Translations under genes and position numbers: made by a program
Part shown: one piece after another, positions 9,022 to 17,262 of the stretch
Layout: each line of letters starts with the position of its first letter
Position numbering within the stretch: position 1 is the stretch's first letter
Notes under the pieces: generated by a model
The model's database searches: none
The model's input: the letters and a program-made list of their open reading frames with translations, nothing else
What the model was told of the DNA's origin: nothing
From: Halogeometricum borinquense DSM 11551
GTDB taxonomy: Archaea > Halobacteriota > Halobacteria > Halobacteriales > Haloferacaceae
Length of the DNA: 32,000 nt
Direction: 5' to 3'
Assembly: GCF_000172995.2 (NCBI RefSeq)
Contig: NC_014729.1
Span: 2,700,001-2,732,000 of the forward strand

Positions 9022-9092
9022 CCCTCCAGGTTTTTGGCGGGGTTCGAGGTGACGGCTCTGCCGTCACCGAGGACCCCCGTGAAAAAGGTGGG

Positions 9093-9635
9093 TTACCAGG
9101 GCTCGTTCTTCAGTCCGAGATAGTACGCGGCGATGTTCGTCCCGACGTGGAGAATCGGCGTGAGAACGAGAACGACGCCGAGAACGGGAAGCGTGAACGT
9201 CCCTCTAAACCACGCGAAATCGAGGAGAGCAGCGAGAGCGAGCGCGCCGACCACGAAGTCGAGTTGGTCGAGTCCGGGGAACGCCGCGCCGCGTTCGCGG
9301 CCCGTCCGGCGTTTGAGGAACGACGCACCGATATCTCCGAGCATCGCGCCGAACGCGAGGCCGAACGCGCCGAGAACCGAGAATCGCGGAAGGCCGATGC
9401 CGAGAGCGGCCTCAACGGAGCCTGCAACGGCGTTACAGACGAACGCGAGAGCGAATCCAACGAGCGTGCCGACGAGCGTCCCGCGCCACGTCTTCCCATC
9501 ACCGAGGACCCGACTACTACCCCACGTTCGCCCACCGTCTATCGGGGCACCCCCGCCCGCGAGAACGGCAGCGTTGTTCGGCACGTACGCCGGGAGCATC
9601 GCCCAGAACGCGCCGACGACGAGTTCAATGACCAT
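9093..9635 (-). CDS. carS: CDP-archaeol synthase (CDP-2,3-bis-O-geranylgeranyl-sn-glycerol synthase)
   Basis: 180 aa, polytopic, DUF46-type. Motifs present: [19 protein letters not shown] and [11 protein letters not shown]. Confidence 0.88.
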   Translation of the reverse strand: MVIELVVGAFWAMLPAYVPNNAAVLAGGGAPIDGGRTWGSSRVLGDGKTWRGTLVGTLVGFALAFVCNAVAGSVEAALGIGLPRFSVLGAFGLAFGAMLGDIGASFLKRRTGRERGAAFPGLDQLDFVVGALALAALLDFAWFRGTFTLPVLGVVLVLTPILHVGTNIAAYYLGLKNEPW

Positions 9636-9745
9636 ACCGGGGCGTCGTCGTGCGAACCAAAAGCATCAGTGATTCCGTCGCGTGGCTGAGATATCCCAAA
9701 CGCTGAACGAAAACGCTGATAACTGGATACCCGTAAGTCGGGAGT

Positions 9746-10585
9746 ATGATTCCTCCAATCGCCAGTCGGTTCGTGGCGGGAGAGACGTCTGCAGCGGCGT
9801 TAGATCACACACGAAAAGTGAACAAAGACGGCGTGAAGGTTATTCTGAACCTTCTCGGCGAACACTACCACGAGCGGGCGCCAGCGGACGCTGATGCCGC
9901 GGCCTACCTCGAACTGATCGAGGATGTCGGTGATTCCGAACTCGACGCCTGCGTCTCGGTCAAGCCGTCGCAAATCGGTATCGACGTCGGTGACGAGGTG
10001 TTCCGCGAGAACTATCTCCGAATCGCCGAGAAGGGCGCAGAACACGACGTGTTCGTCTGGTGCGACATGGAAGATGCCGATACCACAGACGTGACCCTCG
10101 ACGTGTTCGAGGAGGCGGCCCGCGAATACGATGGCGGCGTCGGCCAGTGTGTGCAGGCGAACCTGAAGCGCACGGGCGACGACTTAGAGCGCCTCGCTGA
10201 CGTACCGGGGAAGATTCGACTCGTGAAGGGCGCATACGACGAGGATCCCGAAATCTCCTACAAGCAGAAATCGAAGGTGAACGAGAAGTACGAGGAGTAT
10301 CTGGAGTTCCTCTTCGAGGAGTACGTCGGCCGCGTCGCTGTCGGCAGCCACGACCCCAAGATGATTTCGGCTGCCGAAGAACTTGCCAACGAGTACGACC
10401 GAGACTACGAAGTGCAGATGTTGATGGGCGTCCGCGATGACACACAGCGCGAACTGTCCGCCGAAGGAACGGAAGTGTGGCAGTACGCGCCGTACGGTGA
10501 CAAGTGGTTCTCTTACTTCTACCGTCGCGCCCGAGAGCGCAAGGAAAACGCGCTGTTCGCGCTCCGAGCCATCGTCGGCATCTGA
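9746..10585 (+). CDS. Proline dehydrogenase family protein
   Basis: 279 aa. The sequence IPPIASRFVAGET...VILNLLGEHY...VKPSQIG...RLVKGAY is characteristic of stand-alone proline dehydrogenase (PutA-like) domains. Confidence 0.85.
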   Translation: MIPPIASRFVAGETSAAALDHTRKVNKDGVKVILNLLGEHYHERAPADADAAAYLELIEDVGDSELDACVSVKPSQIGIDVGDEVFRENYLRIAEKGAEHDVFVWCDMEDADTTDVTLDVFEEAAREYDGGVGQCVQANLKRTGDDLERLADVPGKIRLVKGAYDEDPEISYKQKSKVNEKYEEYLEFLFEEYVGRVAVGSHDPKMISAAEELANEYDRDYEVQMLMGVRDDTQRELSAEGTEVWQYAPYGDKWFSYFYRRARERKENALFALRAIVGI

Positions 10586-10646
10586 ATGCGAACGGGTACC
10601 GGACAGAAGCCCTCTTAACCCTCCGGATTCACCTACCCACCGATAG

Positions 10647-11231
10647 ATGTCTTCGTGGAGACGCGACTTTGCAAGTGGACTGGTTGTACTCGTCCCTATT
10701 CTGGTCATTCTGTACGTCCTCAGTATCCTTTATAACAGTATCATCGAACTCCCCATCATCAAGGGCCTGCACCAACCGTTCGGATTCTTCGTTGCCATCA
10801 TCGTCTTCATGATGCTCGTCCTCTCGGTGGGGTACCTGATGCGGACGACGGCAGGGCGGTTGTTCGAGTCCGGCATCGACGCGGCGATGAACCGGCTTCC
10901 TCTCGTGCGCGTGCTGTACAACGCGTCGAAACTCGCGGTGGAGACGGCGTTGACTGGGACCGAGGACCTGCAGAAACCGGTCAGATTGGAGGTGTGGCCG
11001 GGAATCCGAATGACGGGATTCAAGACGGGTAAGACGACGCAAGACGGCCGCGAGGTCATTTTCATGCCGACCGCACCGAACATCACCACCGGGTTCGTGA
11101 TGGAGGTCGAACCCGAGGACCTGACCGAGACGGACGAACGCGTCGAGGAGGCGCTGACGCGTATTCTCTCGGCTGGGTTCGCCGAAGACGAGTCGGTCTC
11201 AGCGATAGACATCGACGTCGAAGAAGAATAG
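10647..11231 (+). CDS. DUF502-family membrane protein
   Basis: 194 aa with two N-terminal transmembrane helices. The conserved PTAPNITTGF-type segment (FMPTAPNITTGFVMEV) is present. Confidence 0.8.
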   Translation: MSSWRRDFASGLVVLVPILVILYVLSILYNSIIELPIIKGLHQPFGFFVAIIVFMMLVLSVGYLMRTTAGRLFESGIDAAMNRLPLVRVLYNASKLAVETALTGTEDLQKPVRLEVWPGIRMTGFKTGKTTQDGREVIFMPTAPNITTGFVMEVEPEDLTETDERVEEALTRILSAGFAEDESVSAIDIDVEEE

Positions 11232-11287
11232 CGACGGGCGGCCGTCCCGCGACACCCTTTTTGTCACCCTCCGACGCGAGTCGCCAC

Positions 11288-11503
11288 ATGGAACGGAGAC
11301 ACGTCTCGTCTGGAACCGAACGGGAACCGCGCGCCGGCTACTCGCGGGCAGTCCGCGTCGGCCCGCACGTCCACGTCTCGGGGACGACGGAAACGAACGA
11401 CGATGGGGAAATCGTCGGCGAAGGCGACGCCTACGAGCAGACCAAGCAAGCGTTACAAAGCGTCGAGATAGAAGCGACTGCAGTCGTAGACGAAGAAACG
11501 TAA
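11288..11503 (+). pseudogene. RidA/YjgF-family gene that appears internally deleted (71 codons against an expected ~125)
   Basis: MERRHVSSGTEREPRAGYSRAVRVGPHVHVSGTTETNDDGEIVGEGDAYEQTKQALQSVE is joined directly to IEATAVVDEET. The N-terminal half and the extreme C-terminal strand of the family are present, but the middle is missing. The track start at 11261 is a TTG. Confidence 0.5.
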
Positions 11504-11545
11504 GCAGAATTGGAAACGAAGCGTTGTGACCGCGAACGAGTCAGT

Positions 11546-12475
11546 TTAGAGGTAAGTGAACCACTCGTCGTGGTCGTCGGTCCGACGCTCCACGAGGTCG
11601 AAGAACGCCTGCTGGAGTTCCTCGGTGACTGGGCCGCGAGAGCCGTTCCCGATTTCGACGTTGTCAACCTGCCGGATAGGCGTGACCTCTGCGGCGCTGC
11701 CGGTGAAGAACAGTTCGTCGGCCGTGTTGAGTTCGCCGCGGCTGATGGAAGTGTTCTCGTGGACCTCGTAGCCGCGTTCTTCGGCCAGCGTGATGAGCGT
11801 GTTTCGGGTGATGCCGTCGAGGATGCTCTCTGACAGGCCGGGCGTGTAGAGTTCGCCGTCGCGGACGAGGAAGATGTTCTCGCCGGGGCCTTCGGCGACG
11901 TTGCCCTCTTTGTTGAGGACAATCGCTTCGCGGTAGCCGTTGCGACGTGCTTCCTCACCCGCAAGCAGGGAGTTCACGTACAGACCGGTCGTCTTCGCGT
12001 TGGTCGGAACTTGGCTGGAAGCGTGTTTGCGCCACGAGGAAACCATCACCTCGATGCCGTTCTCCAGGGCGTCCTCGCCGAGGTACGCGCCCCACGGCCA
12101 CGCCGCGATGGTGACGTTCGTCGGGCAGTCACCGGGCGAGACGCCGAGCGATTCGTAGCCGTAGAAGGCAATCGGGCGAATGTACGCCTCGTTCAGGTCC
12201 TGTCGTCGCAGAAGTTCGAGCGTCGCCTCGGTGAGTTCCTCCGGTTCGAAGGAAATCTCCATGTCGTACGGCTTCGTGGAGTCATAGAGGCGTTCGAGGT
12301 GTTCTTCCCAGCGGAAGATTGCTGGCCCTTTCTCGGTGTCGTAACAGCGAACGCCCTCGAAGACGCCGGTACCGTAGTGGAGTCCGTGCGTAAGGACGTG
12401 AACCTGCGCGTCGTCCCAGTCCACGAACTCGCCGTCCATCCAGATGGTGTCGACGTCCATCTCGTCAAATCCCAT
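11546..12475 (-). CDS. ilvE: Branched-chain amino acid aminotransferase
   Basis: 309 aa. It reads IWMDGEFVDWDDAQVHVLTHGLHYGTGVFEGVRCY... and shows fold-type IV PLP aminotransferase motifs. Confidence 0.92.
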   Translation of the reverse strand: MGFDEMDVDTIWMDGEFVDWDDAQVHVLTHGLHYGTGVFEGVRCYDTEKGPAIFRWEEHLERLYDSTKPYDMEISFEPEELTEATLELLRRQDLNEAYIRPIAFYGYESLGVSPGDCPTNVTIAAWPWGAYLGEDALENGIEVMVSSWRKHASSQVPTNAKTTGLYVNSLLAGEEARRNGYREAIVLNKEGNVAEGPGENIFLVRDGELYTPGLSESILDGITRNTLITLAEERGYEVHENTSISRGELNTADELFFTGSAAEVTPIRQVDNVEIGNGSRGPVTEELQQAFFDLVERRTDDHDEWFTYL

Positions 12476-12580
12476 ATAGCGTCATTTTTCGCCACGTACT
12501 ATAAAAGAATGTACTGTTCACCGTCACCGTACACCGTGATTTGCCGGTGCGCCGGTCGGGGTTCGACTCGGCGAACGCCA

Positions 12581-12654
12581 GTGTCTCAGACCCCCGGTCG
12601 GCGAACTGAGCGCCGCCCCGCTGGCTTTTTTCCGCCAGTACGCGTCTGAGACAC
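12581..12654 (+). repeat. 74-nt element closed by an 11-bp perfect inverted repeat and enclosing two small hairpins
   Basis: GTGTCTCAGAC (12581-12591) pairs with GTCTGAGACAC (12644-12654). Inside are CGGCG-N7-CGCCG (12599-12615) and CTGGC-TTTTTTCC-GCCAG (12621-12638). Confidence 0.6.
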
Positions 12655-12706
12655 ACGAATGCCACAGTCCCATCTCGACACCGAAGAGACGCCCAGTACC
12701 ACCGGG

Positions 12707-13582
12707 ATGACTTCGACGGTCGCTGTGACAGGCGGAACCGGGAAAATTGGCCCAACCGTGGTTGCGGCGCTCCAGTCGGCGGGCTACCGCGTCGTCAACA
12801 TCTCGCGGTCCGGCGGGGAGACGGAAGCGGACGCCGACCTGCGTGCCGACATGACCGACGCGGGCGAGGCGTACGGCGCGTTCGCCACCGCCGACGCCGA
12901 CGCTATCGTCCACCTCGGAATGCTCTCGACACCGGACCACGACCCCGGCCACGTCGTCTTCGAGAGCAACGCGATGAGCACGTACAACGTTCTGCAGGCC
13001 GCCGAAGCTCTCGACGTGGACACCGTCGTTCTCGCCTCTAGCCTCTCGGCGGTCGGGGCGAGTTTCGAACCCGAACCGATTCGGCTCTCGTACCTCCCGT
13101 TGGACGAGTCACACCCGGTATCACCGTCGAACTCCTACGGGATGGGCAAGCACGTCTTAGAGGTCACCGCCGACGGGTTTGCCCACAGACAGAACGGGCC
13201 GCGGACCATCGCCTCGATTCGATTCCCGTGGATGCCGACCGACGAACAGATGCGCGAAACGTTCGACCACGCCGACCGAACGCCTGATGGCGTCCGCGAG
13301 TCGGGGCACTTCGAGACGGCGCGCAATACGGTGTTCGCCTATCTCTCACAGGAGGATGCTGCCGAACTCGTCCGTCTGGCAGTCGAGGCGGATTTCGAAG
13401 GTCACGAGCGGTTCTTCGCTTCCGCGCCGGACACGAGCGCAGACGTTCCCACAGAGGAGTTAGTCGAAGCAGTGTACCCCGATGTCGAGTGCAAACGGGA
13501 ATTCGAAGGGTACGAAGCACTGATTTCGACCGAGAAGGCAAAGCGGATGCTCGGATGGGAACCCGAGCGCAGTTGGCGATAA
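12707..13582 (+). CDS. NAD-dependent epimerase/dehydratase family protein (SDR)
   Basis: The Rossmann motif VAVTGGTGKIG follows Met at 12707. An upstream in-frame ATG at 12659 is possible, which would add 16 aa. The catalytic YxxxK appears as YGMGK. Confidence 0.8.
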   Translation: MTSTVAVTGGTGKIGPTVVAALQSAGYRVVNISRSGGETEADADLRADMTDAGEAYGAFATADADAIVHLGMLSTPDHDPGHVVFESNAMSTYNVLQAAEALDVDTVVLASSLSAVGASFEPEPIRLSYLPLDESHPVSPSNSYGMGKHVLEVTADGFAHRQNGPRTIASIRFPWMPTDEQMRETFDHADRTPDGVRESGHFETARNTVFAYLSQEDAAELVRLAVEADFEGHERFFASAPDTSADVPTEELVEAVYPDVECKREFEGYEALISTEKAKRMLGWEPERSWR

Positions 13583-13600
13583 GTGACTGGAAGTGACCAA

Positions 13601-14275
13601 TCAGGCGAGTCGTTCGACCACGTCCATACCTTCGACGTACACGAGGTCGTGCCGATTCGCGTAGTCGAGGGCGGCGGCGGGTGAGAGCGCTGTTCCGGAC
13701 TCGTCGTCAAGCATCTCGCAGACGACGACGGCCGCAGGAAGATCCGCTTCGGCGGCGAGAGCGAGGCCGAGTTCAGTGTGGCCCTGCCGGTCCGAAAGCA
13801 AGTTCGGCGCGCCGCGAAGGAGGTTGACGTGGCCGGGCGACCGGAACTCGGCTGCGAAGTCGTCCGCTCCGTAGTCACCGTCGGGGACGCGTTCGGCCGC
13901 CGCACTCAGTTCAGTGATGGTGAGCGCGCGGTCCTCGTCGGTGATTCCGGTGAACGTGTCCCGGTGGTTGACCGGAAGCGAGAACGAGGAGCGGTCGTCG
14001 TACGCCAACTCGTGGTCGGCGGCCGTGGGGTGGTCGATAACACCGTCTAAGAACGGTAATCCGAGTTCCTCGCTTACCTCATGCGAGAGGGCGACACAGA
14101 CGAGGCCACCGGCGTCGTTACGGAGTCGCGCCACATCGGCCGGTTCGACGGCACCTGCGGGGTAAACAACGTCCGTCTCACCTTCCCGGTCGTCGAAGTC
14201 GTGGACGAGAATCGGTTCTCCCGCGCTGAGCGCGGAGAGGGCACTCGAAAGGGCGTCGTCGGTTCGCTGCACCAT
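13601..14275 (-). CDS. ribB: 3,4-dihydroxy-2-butanone 4-phosphate synthase
   Basis: 224 aa with the VHDFDDREGETDVVYPA signature. Its ATG (14275) directly abuts the ribK stop codon (14276-14278). Confidence 0.9.
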   Translation of the reverse strand: MVQRTDDALSSALSALSAGEPILVHDFDDREGETDVVYPAGAVEPADVARLRNDAGGLVCVALSHEVSEELGLPFLDGVIDHPTAADHELAYDDRSSFSLPVNHRDTFTGITDEDRALTITELSAAAERVPDGDYGADDFAAEFRSPGHVNLLRGAPNLLSDRQGHTELGLALAAEADLPAAVVVCEMLDDESGTALSPAAALDYANRHDLVYVEGMDVVERLA

Positions 14276-14986
14276 CTACACCGCCTCCACAACGATAGTC
14301 ACTTCGTCGCCGTCATCGAGGTCCAGTTCGTCCCGCAGTTTCTCAGGTGCGATTATCTCTGCCTTCGATTCGTCGTGATGAGTTCGTTCGGGGACGATGA
14401 TGTGCGAGGTATCGAACGCTTCGCCGTCGTGACGAACCGTTGCAGCATAGCACGTCGCCGGGCCGAACGTCCGGTCTTCATCTTCCCAGCCGTCAATCGG
14501 AACGGCATCGAGCGACGCCATCGCGGCGCGCGTCCGGACGCTTTCCTCGTCGAGTTCGACGTTGAGCGTCCCGGCAAACGGTTCGTAGCCGAGTCGGTCT
14601 TCGAACTGCTCCATGTAGCCCGGGAGCGAGATGTAGTGGCGACCCTCGCCCATCCCACTCGTGACGGTCCCGGTGAGTTCGACACTGTCGGCGTCCTCTT
14701 CCTCGAAGATTAGTCGGTAGTCGGCGTACTCGTGGTGGAGCGCGACTTCGCCGTCTTCAGTAATAGCGACCCACTGGCCGTCCGACACGACGTCGCGGTC
14801 AACGTAGCCTGCCTCATCCAGTCGTTGGAGGCGGCGAGAGGCAGTCTGCGCCGAAGCGTCGAGACGGTCGGCGAGACCGGAACACGAGACTTTCACGGGG
14901 CCGGTTCGACCGCCTTCGAGAGCGACGAACTTCAGCGCGGCCAGTTCGTCGTACCCGACGGCAGTCAGAGCCGATTCAGACATCAT
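14276..14986 (-). CDS. ribK: Winged-HTH / CTP-dependent riboflavin kinase fusion (RbkR-type)
   Basis: I place the start at the ATGATG at 14986; the 16 aa upstream in the track are hydrophobic junk. The N-terminal wHTH reads [26 protein letters not shown]. The kinase motifs [10 protein letters not shown] and GMGEGRHY are present. Confidence 0.88.
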   Translation of the reverse strand: MMSESALTAVGYDELAALKFVALEGGRTGPVKVSCSGLADRLDASAQTASRRLQRLDEAGYVDRDVVSDGQWVAITEDGEVALHHEYADYRLIFEEEDADSVELTGTVTSGMGEGRHYISLPGYMEQFEDRLGYEPFAGTLNVELDEESVRTRAAMASLDAVPIDGWEDEDRTFGPATCYAATVRHDGEAFDTSHIIVPERTHHDESKAEIIAPEKLRDELDLDDGDEVTIVVEAV

Positions 14987-15024
14987 CTGTAGTTGGAAAT
15001 AGGGACGGATAAGAATACCGAATA

Positions 15025-15038
15025 TGAGATGCATCTCA
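15025..15038. promoter_or_regulatory. 14-bp perfect palindrome TGAGATGCATCTCA, a candidate operator
   Basis: It sits 39-52 nt upstream of the ribK ATG, just upstream of a TATA-like TCTTATC. Additional GAGATG copies occur at about 15044 and about 15080. Confidence 0.4.
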
Positions 15039-15199
15039 GAAGTGAGATGGTGTGGGAGAGCGAGAAACGAGATGCCAACTGTGTGTTAGTTTTTCGTTTG
15101 GGCGCTCACGAGGTAAGTGCGTCGATCCCGGAACCGATGGCACGGACGGGGATGACGACGTTCGGAAAGGCCTTTAGCCGCACCTCCTGAATCACAGGT

Positions 15200-16954
15200 A
15201 TGTTCAGAGAACTCCGTTCGGAGGTCGAGGACGCGGTCGAAGCCGCACTCTCCTCGCTCGACCTTCCGACCGACGACCTCGGCGTCGAAGAGCCGCCGGA
15301 GGACGTGCCAGCGACACTCGCCTCCAGCGTCGCCTTCCGGATGGCGAGTGAGGTGGGCGCGCCGCCGCCGAAAGTCGCTGCCGATATCGCAGATGCGATA
15401 GACGCGACGCCGTACACGTACCTCGAACGCGCCGAACCGCAAGGCCCCTACGTGAACTTCTTCGTCTCGGACGCTTACTACGCGGAGACGCTCGAAGCGG
15501 GGCGGGATGAAGAGTACGGTCACTTGCCGGAGACGGGCAAAGACGTAGTGATCGAACACACCTCCGCGAACCCGACGGGACCGGTTCACGTCGGCCGCGC
15601 ACGCAATCCCATCCTCGGTGACGCTATCGCCCGCGTCCTCGAATTCGCAGGCAACGACGTTGACCGCCATTACTACGTCAACGACGCCGGGCGGCAGGTC
15701 GCAGTGTTCACGTGGGCGTACGAGACGTTCGACGAATCCGAACTGCCCGAACCCGAGCGCGACCGTTCGGACTACGACCTCGTCCGCTACTACCGCAAGG
15801 GCAACGCCTACCTCGAAGACGCCGACGAGGACGAAGTCGAGGCCGCCGAAGCCGAAATCGCGGAGATCATGCAGGGACTCGAGGCGGGCGACGAGGAGAC
15901 GTACGAACGCGTCGCCGTCGTCGTAGACCAAGTCCTCGGTGGAATGCGCGAGTCGCTGGAACGCCTCCCGGCGTTCTTCGACGAGTTCATCAAAGAGACG
16001 AAGTTTATCCGCAACGGCGACGCCGACGACGTGGTCGAGCGCCTCAAAGACTCCGAGTACGCGGTGTACGAGGAGGACGCGTGGCAACTCGACCTCTCGG
16101 AGTTCGGCTTCGAGAAGAATCTCGTCTTCCTCCGTTCGGACGGAACGACGCTGTACACGACGCGTGATCTGGCTCACCACGAGTGGAAGTTCAACAACTA
16201 CGACGAGGCCGTCACCGTTCTCGGCGAGGACCACAAACTCCAAGCCGAGCAGTTAGACGCCGCGCTCGAAATCCTCGGCAACGACACCGACCAACTCCGT
16301 CAGACGTTCTACTCGTGGGTCAACCTCCCCGAGGGCGGGATGTCGACCCGGAAAGGGACGGGTGTGGACCTCGACGACCTGCTTGACGAGTCAGTGAAAC
16401 GCGCCCGCGAGGAGGTCGAAGAGCGCCTCGACTCGCGCATCCGCGACGACGACCTCGATGAAGAAGACATCGAACGGATCGCCCGGCAGGTTGGCATCGG
16501 TGCCGTCCGCTACGACATCGTCTCAAAACAGCCGACGAAGGGAATCACGTTCGAGTGGGAACGTGCGCTGGACTTCGAGGCCCAATCCGCGCCGTACGTC
16601 CAGTACGTCCACGCGCGATGCTGCGGGATTCTGAACGAAGCGTCCGCAGCGGGCATCGAAGCCGCCACGGAGATGTCGCTTCTCGACACGGAAGCCGAAC
16701 AAGAGTTGCTTCGCGTCATCGCTCGATTCCCGGCCGTGGTCGAACAGGCCGCAGACGACCTAGAGCCGCACGTGGTTGCCACGTACGTCCGAGAGTTCGC
16801 AGAGACGTTCAACACGTTCTACCGCGAGTGTTCGGTTCTCAACGCGGACGACGATGACATCGCCGCCGCTCGTCTCGGTCTCGTCGAGGCCGCCCAGCAC
16901 ACGGTTGCGAACGCACTCTACATGCTCGGCATCGAAGCGCCCGAGTCGATGTAG
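15200..16954 (+). CDS. argS: Arginine--tRNA ligase
   Basis: 584 aa. The class I HIGH-region variant reads [17 protein letters not shown], and the anticodon-binding (DALR) C-terminus ends ...LGIEAPESM. Confidence 0.95.
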   Translation: MFRELRSEVEDAVEAALSSLDLPTDDLGVEEPPEDVPATLASSVAFRMASEVGAPPPKVAADIADAIDATPYTYLERAEPQGPYVNFFVSDAYYAETLEAGRDEEYGHLPETGKDVVIEHTSANPTGPVHVGRARNPILGDAIARVLEFAGNDVDRHYYVNDAGRQVAVFTWAYETFDESELPEPERDRSDYDLVRYYRKGNAYLEDADEDEVEAAEAEIAEIMQGLEAGDEETYERVAVVVDQVLGGMRESLERLPAFFDEFIKETKFIRNGDADDVVERLKDSEYAVYEEDAWQLDLSEFGFEKNLVFLRSDGTTLYTTRDLAHHEWKFNNYDEAVTVLGEDHKLQAEQLDAALEILGNDTDQLRQTFYSWVNLPEGGMSTRKGTGVDLDDLLDESVKRAREEVEERLDSRIRDDDLDEEDIERIARQVGIGAVRYDIVSKQPTKGITFEWERALDFEAQSAPYVQYVHARCCGILNEASAAGIEAATEMSLLDTEAEQELLRVIARFPAVVEQAADDLEPHVVATYVREFAETFNTFYRECSVLNADDDDIAAARLGLVEAAQHTVANALYMLGIEAPESM

Positions 16955-17055
16955 AACGGCCGGACGCCTCACCGGTGCGGCCGAGGACGGTCAGGCCGCT
17001 CATCAGTTGTTTTCGGACCGAGCGCGACTACCGAGAAACAAGTACGCTAGCCGTA

Positions 17056-17199
17056 TCAGAGGAGGGGCAGCAGGGCACCCGCACCGGAAGCGATCAGAGA
17101 GCCACCGAGAGCTAAAACGGTTCCTGCACCTGCACCGAGTGCTAAGACGACGAACAAGAGTATCCACCAGAAGGGAACGTTCGAACCTGAATCTGCCAT
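17056..17199 (-). CDS. Candidate 47-aa hydrophobic micro-protein, below the size cutoff of the ORF track
   Basis: My translation is ATG..TGA = MADSGSNVPFWWILLFVVLALGAGAGTVLALGGSLIASGAGALLPLL. GGAG lies about 9 nt upstream of the ATG, and CTTTTAC lies about 21-32 nt upstream. The ORF is 64 nt downstream of the minD-like stop on the same strand. Confidence 0.35.
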   Translation of the reverse strand: MADSGSNVPFWWILLFVVLALGAGAGTVLALGGSLIASGAGALLPLL

Positions 17200-17262
17200 A
17201 CCAATGACTCCTCACAGACGAGTAAAAGAACTTCTTGTTTCGTGATGGGTTCGTGAAACGTT

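Noticed and set aside
8762-9067. N-terminal 102-aa extension of the pyrE ORF (280 aa in the track)
   Set aside because: The extension is Pro/Ala/Ser/Arg-rich and is translated across a 23-nt (non-triplet) tandem repeat. Canonical PyrE starts at MANDE (8761), which has a TATA-like box at about -30.
12551-12580. tRNA-like 3' end (GGGGTTCGACTCGGCGAACGCCA), considered as a tRNA gene or an integration att remnant
   Set aside because: The flanks of the TTCGA loop are not complementary (CGGGG against CGGCG), so there is no proper T-arm. I could not build an acceptor, D or anticodon arm upstream. No integrase or direct repeat partner is present in the window.
15086-16243. 385-aa minus-strand ORF, the longest unassigned ORF in the track
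   Set aside because: It lies entirely antisense to argS. Its product is Arg/Val-rich and non-acidic with no motifs. This is the typical shadow ORF that a high-GC coding region produces on the opposite strand.
17003-17215. 70-aa minus-strand ORF from the track
   Set aside because: Its product is Arg/Cys/Phe-rich with no halophilic character. A different frame in the same region gives the more plausible 47-aa hydrophobic micro-ORF (17056-17199).
17237-17259. Hairpin just downstream of the minD-like stop, considered as its terminator
   Set aside because: Two of the nine pairs are G-T wobbles on the plus strand, and these become C-A mismatches in the minus-strand transcript. No T-run follows on the minus strand, so the evidence is weak.
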